From Pseudomonadota bacterium (GTDB lineage: Bacteria; Myxococcota_A; UBA796; GCA-2862545), in assembly GCA_002862545.1 (NCBI GenBank), contig PKDJ01000181.1:115-64114 (forward strand): DNA of 64,000 bases, given 5' to 3'. This document shows, piece after piece, positions 17,954-24,879 of the stretch. Position 1 is the stretch's first letter, and each line of letters opens with the position of its first letter. The notes below the pieces were generated by a model. It had not been told where the DNA came from, made no database searches, and worked only from the letters and a program-made list of their open reading frames with translations. The position numbers were made by a program, and so were the translations under genes.

Positions 17954-20268
17954 GCCGGCGTGCATCGGCCGCTCTCTTCGCTGCACTCGCATGTGCGGGG
18001 CTCGCGGCGAGCATGTGGGTCGTGGCGCATGCGGTGCCGCTTCCGCGGCGCCTGTCCGAGCCGTCGGCCACCATGGTGCGCTGGGCGGATGGAGTCCCCG
18101 CGCACGCGAGCCTGGCACCCGACGACCGCTGGCGCTTCGCCACCACTCCGGCCGATGTCGATCCGGCCTACCTGCGGGCCTTGGTGGCCTTCGAGGACGC
18201 CCGCTTCTGGTGGCATCCCGGTGTGGATCCGCTCGCCGTGGTTCGGGCCGCCGGCCAGGACCTGCTCGCGGGGGAGGTCGTCTCTGGCGCCTCGACGCTC
18301 ACCATGCAGCTCGTGCGCGTGGTCGAGCCGCGTCCGCGGACGCTGCGGTCGAAGTCGGTGGAGGTGCTGCGTGCCGTCCAGCTCGAGCTCCGCCTTGGTA
18401 AGGAGGCGGTCCTGGGGCGCTACCTGACGTTCGCTCCCTATGGACGGAATGTGGAGGGGGTCGTCGCGGGCTCCTGGGCGCTCTTTGGGCACGGTCCGGA
18501 GGACCTCACGCCGGCGGAGATCGTCACGCTCCTCGCGATTCCGCAGAATCCGACCCGCCGCACGCCCAGCGCGCGAAATGCTGCACGTCTGCGCGCAGCG
18601 CGGGTCCGCATCGCCTCGCGGCTGCTGGAGGCCGGCGTCCTGGACGTGAAGCCCGAGGCGGCGTCTGCCTTCCTGAGCCACGTCGCCACCGGTCCGCAGC
18701 CGCTGGCGCTGCGGCCGCTCCCGCGCGACGCTGCGCACGCTGTCCGGTGGCTTCGGCCGGGGCCAGGTTCGGACATCACGTCCACCCTCGACCGCCACAC
18801 CCAGCGCATCGCCGAGGGGGTCCTGGCGGCTGAGCGAGCCTCTCTGGAGGCTCAGGGGGTGCGGCATGCGGCTGTGGTCGTCGTCGATCGAGAGACGCGG
18901 GGGCTGCAAGCCCTGGTCGGTGGGCACGACCCCTTCGGCAGCCGTCCGGGCGACTGGCTGCCGGCGTTCGCCCAGTCTCGCTCCCCGGGCAGCACGCTGA
19001 AGCCCTTCCTCTTGGCGACGGCGCTGGAGCAAGGGCTCGCCCTGCCGGAGCATCGGGTTCCCGACGTGCCGTCCATCCACGGGAGCTACGTCCCACGAAA
19101 CCACGATGGGCACTACCGGGGAACGGTTCGGCTCGGTGAGGCCCTGATCCAGTCTCTGAATGCGCCCTTCGTCGACCTGCTCGCGCGGGTCGGTGTGCCG
19201 CACCTCGTGGCGACGCTGCGGATGTCGGGTGCGCACAGCCTGTCGCGTGACCCGGCAGCCCATGGGCTCTCACTGGCGGTCGGGGGCACGGCACTCACGC
19301 CGCTCGAGGTCGCGACGCTGTACACCACGCTGGCCAGCGGGGGGAGATTCGCGCCGCTGCGGGCCCATGCTGACGAGCCACAGGTCGCGCCCCGTGAGGC
19401 GCTGGAGCCAGGCGCGGTGTGGCGGGTCGATGCCTTGCTGGGGGACCCACTGCGTCCAGACCGCCCGGAGGGCAGCGAGGGTATTCGTTGGAAGACGGGG
19501 ACCAGCCAGGGGCACCGCGACGCCTGGGCGGCGGGCTACGCGGGGGACCGCGTAGTCATCGTGTGGCTCGGGAACCTGGACCGGGAGGCGAGCTCGGCAC
19601 TGGTCGGTGGAGAGCTGGCGGCTCCCCTGCTCTTCGACACGCTGAGGGCCCTGGGGACCGAGGTGCCAGGTTCGCATGCACCCACGCCTTCGCCTCCCGC
19701 AACGCTCCGGTCTTCCCCGCTCTGCTCCCTGTCTGGAGAGCCGGTCGGCCCCCACTGTCCACACACCGAGATGGCCCTGGTGGCCGATTCGCATCCGGGG
19801 ACACCCTGTACCTGGCACCGCGCAGTCGATGTCGACGTCGCCACAGGCGAGCGGGTGACCCCGGGCTGCCGTGGTGACCGGGTCCTGCGGCGGGAGGTGC
19901 ACGTCGTGGAGCCCGCCTCGGTCCGTCGCTGGAAGTCCCGGGATCACGCGACGGCAGCGGAGCCGCTTCCTGCCCTGGCCGAGGGCTGCATGGCCCCGCC
20001 GGGACCCCCGCCTGTCATCGTCGAGCCCCCCGTCGGAGACGTGGTGTGGATCGCGTCCGACGCGCCCCTGTCAGAGCAGGAGCGTCCTCTCACGGCCGAC
20101 ACGCGCGACGGGGGCACCGTCTGGTGGACCATTGACGGCGATCTCGTGGCATGGGGTGCGGCAGACCAGAGTGCCTGGTGGGTGCCCGAGCCCGGGCGGC
20201 ACGAGGTCGTCGTCACGGATGCGGCCGGCCGGTCCGCCCGCAGGTGGGTGGACGTTCGCGTTCTCTAG
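17950..20268 (+). CDS. pbpC: Penicillin-binding protein 1C (bifunctional glycosyltransferase/transpeptidase)
   Basis: Start ATG 17950 overlaps the A2M TGA stop (ATGA). GT51 motif FEDARFWWHPGVD. Transpeptidase motifs STLKP (SxxK), SLN (SxN) and KTGTS (KTG). N-terminal membrane anchor AALFAALACAGLAASMWVV. Confidence 0.9.
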   Translation: MSRRASAALFAALACAGLAASMWVVAHAVPLPRRLSEPSATMVRWADGVPAHASLAPDDRWRFATTPADVDPAYLRALVAFEDARFWWHPGVDPLAVVRAAGQDLLAGEVVSGASTLTMQLVRVVEPRPRTLRSKSVEVLRAVQLELRLGKEAVLGRYLTFAPYGRNVEGVVAGSWALFGHGPEDLTPAEIVTLLAIPQNPTRRTPSARNAARLRAARVRIASRLLEAGVLDVKPEAASAFLSHVATGPQPLALRPLPRDAAHAVRWLRPGPGSDITSTLDRHTQRIAEGVLAAERASLEAQGVRHAAVVVVDRETRGLQALVGGHDPFGSRPGDWLPAFAQSRSPGSTLKPFLLATALEQGLALPEHRVPDVPSIHGSYVPRNHDGHYRGTVRLGEALIQSLNAPFVDLLARVGVPHLVATLRMSGAHSLSRDPAAHGLSLAVGGTALTPLEVATLYTTLASGGRFAPLRAHADEPQVAPREALEPGAVWRVDALLGDPLRPDRPEGSEGIRWKTGTSQGHRDAWAAGYAGDRVVIVWLGNLDREASSALVGGELAAPLLFDTLRALGTEVPGSHAPTPSPPATLRSSPLCSLSGEPVGPHCPHTEMALVADSHPGTPCTWHRAVDVDVATGERVTPGCRGDRVLRREVHVVEPASVRRWKSRDHATAAEPLPALAEGCMAPPGPPPVIVEPPVGDVVWIASDAPLSEQERPLTADTRDGGTVWWTIDGDLVAWGAADQSAWWVPEPGRHEVVVTDAAGRSARRWVDVRVL

Positions 20269-20341
20269 CGCAGCCCCACGGCCGCAGTCAGCGAGGCTGG
20301 GCTACAGGTGCTCAGCCAGAGCGATGACGAGGAGGTGCTGA

Positions 20342-21376
20342 GTGGACGACGGCCTGTATCCGGAGATCGAGCCCTATCAGGTCGCGAGCCTGTCCCGCCC
20401 CGGACACGACCTGTACTACGAGCTCAGCGGCAACCCCGACGGCCCGACGGCCTTGTTCCTTCACGGTGGCCCAGGGGGAGGGACCTCACCCCGCGTGCGA
20501 CGGTTCTTCGACCCGTCCCACTACCGCATCGTCCTGCTCGACCAGCGCGGGGCAGGCAAGAGCAGCCCCAACGTCAGCGCGGACTACGACGCGGCGCTTC
20601 GGGACAACACCACGGCGCACCTCGTCGCCGACATCGAGGCTCTGAGAGAGGCGCTCGGGCTCGAGACGTGGCAGCTCATCCTCGGGGGAAGCTGGGGCTC
20701 GACGCTGGCTCTCGCCTACGCTCAGGCTCATCCCGAGCGCGTGCGACAGCTCCTCCTCCGTGGAATCTTCACCTTCTTGCCCGACGAAGTGGACACGCTC
20801 TTCCAGAACGGGCGCGCCGCCGATCACTTCCCCGACGAGTGGCAGGCCTACGTCGACCACATCCGCACGACCAGCGACGACTGGGAGCGGGAGCGCCACA
20901 ACCTCGTCGGGGCCTACCAAGAGCGTCTGCTCGATCCACAGCGCCGCATGGACGCCGCCAAGGCCTTCGTCACCTACGAGCTGTCCCTGTCTCACTTGTA
21001 CAAGAACGAGGAGCGCATCGCGTCCGTGATGGCGACTCCCGAGGTGCTCGTGCCCTTCGCAGCGCTCGAGGCGCACTACATGCTCCACGGCGGCTTCATG
21101 CGCCGAGGGCAGATCCTCGATGAGGTCGGCGCCATTGCAGGGCATCGGATTCACATCGTCCATGGTCGCAACGACGCCGTGTGCTTGCCGCGGGCTGCGG
21201 CCCGGCTGCGGGCTGCGCTCATCGGCGCGGGGGCGGGTGCCAACCTGACCCTCGAGTTTGTCGAGGCCGCTGGCCACTCGGATGGTGAGCCTCCGATTGC
21301 CCGGGCCCTTCGCGACGCCACCGATGCCCTCGCTGCCGAAGCGAGCGCGCTTGGGGTGGGAACGTCCGGGGACTGA
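20342..21376 (+). CDS. pip: Proline iminopeptidase (prolyl aminopeptidase, alpha/beta hydrolase)
   Basis: 344 aa with a GTG start. LHGGPGGG, the nucleophile elbow GGSWGSTLALAYAQAHPERV and overall Pip-family collinearity. Confidence 0.9.
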   Translation: MDDGLYPEIEPYQVASLSRPGHDLYYELSGNPDGPTALFLHGGPGGGTSPRVRRFFDPSHYRIVLLDQRGAGKSSPNVSADYDAALRDNTTAHLVADIEALREALGLETWQLILGGSWGSTLALAYAQAHPERVRQLLLRGIFTFLPDEVDTLFQNGRAADHFPDEWQAYVDHIRTTSDDWERERHNLVGAYQERLLDPQRRMDAAKAFVTYELSLSHLYKNEERIASVMATPEVLVPFAALEAHYMLHGGFMRRGQILDEVGAIAGHRIHIVHGRNDAVCLPRAAARLRAALIGAGAGANLTLEFVEAAGHSDGEPPIARALRDATDALAAEASALGVGTSGD

Positions 21377-21538
21377 GCGGCGCTCCTGAGTTGGGGGTGT
21401 CGTGAGGCTTGCAGCGAGTGTGTGGCGGGCCGCTCGCTGTCGTGTGGGGTTGGTCGCGGCGAGCTGGGCGGAACGGCAGGGCGCCTCTGATCACGTACCT
21501 GTCGCCCCCCAGAGGTTCCTGCCTAGCACCCCCAGAGT

Positions 21539-21634
21539 GTCGTACCTGGCACCCGGAACCCGGCAACCGGGTCGCGTACCTGGCACCCCAGTCACACCCA
21601 TCCCCGCAACCCAGAGCAGCCCGAACCTGGCACC
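21539..21634. repeat. Second REP cluster (opposite orientation): GTACCTGGCACC copies
   Basis: GTACCTGGCACC at 21542-21553 and 21576-21587, and degenerate GAACCTGGCACC at 21623-21634. This is the reverse complement of the core at 9851-10001. Lies in the intergenic region after pip. Confidence 0.55.
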
Positions 21635-21728
21635 ACAAAGCCCAGCCACACCCTCCGCTCTCCCAGCTCCGCACGCGGCGACCGCATGACCCCGGCCTCG
21701 CCCACTTCGAACGCTCTGCCAGCGACGG

Positions 21729-22613
21729 CTACCTGAGCGACGCCACCAGCCTGAGGAGTGTCGTCTGGTCGAGAGCGGCGTAGCCCTCGAGGGGCTGGTG
21801 GTCCCAAGCCAGGGTGTGGGTCGGCTCCAGCGCGAGGCCTGCGCCCAGCGGAGCGACCAGTGCTGCTCCGTGAAGCACCCGCAGGTCGGCGTGATTCTGA
21901 AGGTTCTCGAAGACCTCGATGGTCTGGCGCCAGCCAACCTTGTCGAAGCGATGTGCCAGGCCAACCCACAGCCGAGCCGCGACGACGGATGTGTCTTCGG
22001 CCTCCACCGTCTCGACGTAGCGCTCCTGAGCGACGTCGACGCCGGCCTCCGCGACGAGGTCGGTCGAAGCGGTGTCCACCAGCTTGCGCCCGAGGCCGGC
22101 TTGCTCGTGAGTGCGCAGCGCATAGCCGGCGAAGGGGTCGTGGAGCGCGCCGGCCACCCCGTAGATCACGTGTCGGGCGCCAAGACGATGGTCCAGCCGC
22201 ACGTCGCCCTCGAGGCGCTTGGCGGTCTCGACCCAGCGCGACCGTCGCTCTCGGCGGTCGAGGTGCCCGGAGCCGTCGGCATCGACCGCGCCACGGCCCA
22301 TGCGGGCACTGCCGATGGCGCCGAGGCCGACACGAGGACCGCGCCATCCGAGATCGCTGCCGGCCTCGAGCGTGCCGAGCGACGTGCTCCCGGTCACCAT
22401 CGAGCCGGCGAGGGCGCCCGAGAGGTAGGGGCCGATGTCGTCGGTGGGCGAGGTGACCTCGCCGCGCGGTGGAGCGTCGGGGAAGCCACGAATCGCGGGC
22501 TGAAATGTGGGCTCCATGGTGGCCAGTGCACTGGCGGCGAGCAGGACGGCGACGGACACGAGCGACCTCCGGATTCGCCCAGCGCAGACCGCGTGGTCCT
22601 GACCCGCCCTCAC
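21729..22613 (-). CDS. Putative outer-membrane beta-barrel protein (DUF481/YdiY-like)
   Basis: 294 aa with an N-terminal hydrophobic signal (SLVSVAVLLAASALA). Alternating beta-strand-like pattern with a general resemblance to DUF481. The family call is tentative. Confidence 0.45.
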   Translation of the reverse strand: MRAGQDHAVCAGRIRRSLVSVAVLLAASALATMEPTFQPAIRGFPDAPPRGEVTSPTDDIGPYLSGALAGSMVTGSTSLGTLEAGSDLGWRGPRVGLGAIGSARMGRGAVDADGSGHLDRRERRSRWVETAKRLEGDVRLDHRLGARHVIYGVAGALHDPFAGYALRTHEQAGLGRKLVDTASTDLVAEAGVDVAQERYVETVEAEDTSVVAARLWVGLAHRFDKVGWRQTIEVFENLQNHADLRVLHGAALVAPLGAGLALEPTHTLAWDHQPLEGYAALDQTTLLRLVASLR

Positions 22614-22687
22614 GTCGCTTTTTCGAATGTCATGGATTCTGGACCGACGACAGCTGCGGATACCCGCCTCGTCGTGTAGACCTCACC

Positions 22688-23611
22688 ATGACCCACGTGC
22701 TCCACCTCCTCGTCCTCCATGGTTCCTCGGCCGCCGCGTCCCCACTGGATGCCACCTGGGCCCGCTACCTGGAGACCCCGCCGCCGCGTGCCGTCGTCCT
22801 GGCTGACGCGCTCTCCGCCCGTGCGGACGAGGTCACCTCGAGCCTCGACCCGGCTGCCCTCGCGGTCACGGGTCCCGTCGATGTCGTGTGCTCGGGCGGG
22901 GGCAACCTCGACGCGTTCTACATGGGCGTGGCGATGGTCCTCGCCCGCGTCGAGGCGGGCAGCGGTGCTCTCGAGTGGCACCGCAGTGCAGGGGCGTCTG
23001 CGGGGGGCATGATGTCCTTCGAGCTGGCCCTCAAGGGCGAGCGGCTCACCCTCGAGCACCACCTGGCCTATGGCGTCCTCACCGAGGACCACCCGCTCCA
23101 CTACGCCCTGATGCCGGCAGCGGCGCTGACGCAGGACCGGCACTGGCGTGACATGGCGGCCTGGCAGACCGGCACCTATGCCGACAGCCTGTCGACGCTC
23201 GACGGACGGGTCGCCCTGGCGACCGCCTGCCTGGCACCCTGGCCGAGGCTGATCAAGCTCGACGCGTTCACGGCCGTGGACCACCAGGCCTCGGCGGCCT
23301 TCATGGCCACGGGGACGCTCTTTCAGAAGGTCGAGGGACTCTGGTGCACGGACGGGGGAGCTCTCTCGGGCCCGAACATGACGCCGCTGTTTCAGGATGG
23401 GGCTCGACCCCAGGTCGTCATCGATCTGATGCGGACGGGCTCCCCGAGCGAGCTGGTCTGGTCGTTACGCCTGAGTGAGTGGGTGGCGCTCGTGGAGCGA
23501 GGACAAGATGCCGCCGCGCAGTTCCTGCAGACGGGAGCAGTCCCGGGCGGACGCGCCATCACCCTGTGTCCGGCGGGGTCGAGCACCCGCGGCAACGTGT
23601 GTCGCGACTGA
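22688..23611 (+). CDS. Patatin-like phospholipase
   Basis: Start taken at ATG 22688 (the track ORF begins at 22469). Glycine-rich loop VCSGGGNLDAFYMG, serine elbow GASAGG (GxSxG) and catalytic-Asp motif CTDGGAL (DGG/A). Confidence 0.75.
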   Translation: MTHVLHLLVLHGSSAAASPLDATWARYLETPPPRAVVLADALSARADEVTSSLDPAALAVTGPVDVVCSGGGNLDAFYMGVAMVLARVEAGSGALEWHRSAGASAGGMMSFELALKGERLTLEHHLAYGVLTEDHPLHYALMPAAALTQDRHWRDMAAWQTGTYADSLSTLDGRVALATACLAPWPRLIKLDAFTAVDHQASAAFMATGTLFQKVEGLWCTDGGALSGPNMTPLFQDGARPQVVIDLMRTGSPSELVWSLRLSEWVALVERGQDAAAQFLQTGAVPGGRAITLCPAGSSTRGNVCRD

Positions 23612-23785
23612 GCGCGGTGCGACTCCCTCGTCGTCGAGGGGCTGCAGACCAACGACATCGCGGAGCAGCTCTGCATCAGTGCGAGCACAGTGAGTACCCA
23701 CCTACGCCGGGTGAAGGACAAGCTGGGTGCGCGCTCAAGCGCCGATCTGGTGCGGCTGGCGTTCCGAGAGGGTCTGGTCGAGTAG
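23612..23785 (+). pseudogene. Remnant of a LuxR/GerE-type HTH domain (N-terminally truncated, no start codon)
   Basis: 57 codons directly after, and in frame with, the patatin-like TGA stop: ARCDSLVVEGLQTNDIAEQLCISASTVSTHLRRVKDKLGARSSADLVRLAFREGLVE*. This matches the GerE HTH consensus (..G.sNkeIA..L.IS..TV..H...i..KLg...R..l). There is no ATG or GTG, and the first helix is degenerate. Confidence 0.5.
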
Positions 23786-23901
23786 CGGGCTTGTTCATTG
23801 CTTTGATTGGCCCTGCCTTTATGGGGTCTGCGAGAATTTTCTCCAAGAAAGGTGTGACCGTTTCCGGGGGCCCGTCACTGTAAGGCCACACGGAGGATCG
23901 A

Positions 23902-24369
23902 ATGGACATGAACGCTGAGGCCCTCGAGCTCGACACCGCCATCCGCTCGCGCAACACGACGGAGGTCGCCGTCGCGCTCGTGCTGCTTCCTGTGATGGTG
24001 GGGATCGCATGGAGCGCCCCGAGCCTCGTCCAGAGCGCGGGCTTCGCGCTGATGGCCGTCGGCTGCATGGTCGTGTCTCTCGTCCTGGGCCTCTATGGCC
24101 GCATCGAGCTGCCGGAGGCGCACCTCGACGAGGCGACCTGGCGCAGCCGCTATGCCGCCTACCTGCAGCGTCAGGTCAAGCTCCTGAGCTCCGCACCCCT
24201 CTGGTACGTGGCACCGATCATCGGCGGTATGGTGTTGGTCGTCGGTGGCCCGAGTAGCGGGAACGTGGGGATGTTCATGATGGTGGTCGGCTTCGGGCTG
24301 GGACTCTGTGTCCTGAACCTCAACGAGGCGCGCAAGCTCGCCGCTCGCCGTGATGCCGTGGCGGCCTGA
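23902..24369 (+). CDS. 4-TM membrane protein, paralog of the N-terminal module of the downstream sulfatase-fold protein (candidate anti-sigma or accessory factor)
   Basis: 155 aa with a GGAGGA RBS. Shares RNxxE(V/I)xVxxVxLP, ATW...AYLxxQ(V/I)xLLxxxPxWYxxPIxxG and LNxxxAR with residues ~30-190 of the 24872..27238 product. Its stop abuts the sigma-gene start. Confidence 0.7.
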   Translation: MDMNAEALELDTAIRSRNTTEVAVALVLLPVMVGIAWSAPSLVQSAGFALMAVGCMVVSLVLGLYGRIELPEAHLDEATWRSRYAAYLQRQVKLLSSAPLWYVAPIIGGMVLVVGGPSSGNVGMFMMVVGFGLGLCVLNLNEARKLAARRDAVAA

Positions 24370-24879
24370 TTGGACGAGGTGGAGGCCCGCTTCGCGGAGA
24401 CCGTCCGAGTGGCGGGCCCCCTGATTGCACGGACAACCCGTGGCTATGAGGCGGAGCCTCAGCGGCGGGCCGAGCTCGAGCAGGAGGTCTTGGTGCAGCT
24501 GTGGTCGGCGCTGGCGCGGTTTCGCGGCGATGCCTCGCTGAAGACCTACGCGCTTCGGGTGACACACAACGTCTGCGCGAGGCATGTCTCCCGGCAGATC
24601 CGCGATCGGTCGGAGCCCTACGCCGACCTCGAGACCCTGGGTGAGGCGCCGGATGCGCCGGAGGACCACCTGGATCGCGCACGCCAGCGCGCGCTGCTGC
24701 TGGAGGCCGTGCAGCGGCTCGCACCTGCAGACCGGCAGCTGGTACTGCTCTACCTCGAGGGGCTCTCGCCGGCGGAGATCGCCGGGGTCACTGGGCTCTC
24801 TCGCTCGAACGTCACGACGCGGACCCATCGGATCCGCGCCTTGCTGCGCACCCGGCTCGGAGGACGGAAGGATGGATGA
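24370..24879 (+). CDS. ECF-type RNA polymerase sigma-70 family factor
   Basis: 169 aa with a TTG start directly after the upstream TGA. Region 2 (LEQEVLVQLWSALARFRGDASLKTYALRVTHNVCARH) and region 4 HTH (LAPADRQLVLLYLEGLSPAEIAGVTGLSRSNVTTRTHRIRALLR). Confidence 0.85.
   Translation: MDEVEARFAETVRVAGPLIARTTRGYEAEPQRRAELEQEVLVQLWSALARFRGDASLKTYALRVTHNVCARHVSRQIRDRSEPYADLETLGEAPDAPEDHLDRARQRALLLEAVQRLAPADRQLVLLYLEGLSPAEIAGVTGLSRSNVTTRTHRIRALLRTRLGGRKDG

Noticed and set aside
23609-23611. TGA recoding (selenocysteine or readthrough) fusing the patatin-like protein to the LuxR HTH
   Set aside because: No SECIS-like hairpin was recognised immediately downstream. The HTH's first helix is degenerate across the stop, and a phospholipase-HTH fusion has no precedent I know of. 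A pseudogene remnant is more parsimonious.
23855-23876. Candidate ECF-type promoter (TGACC ... CGTC) upstream of the ECF module
   Set aside because: The spacing between the two elements is only 13 nt, shorter than the usual ~16-17 nt. The -35 is not a good GGAAC match. It cannot be supported without transcription-start data.
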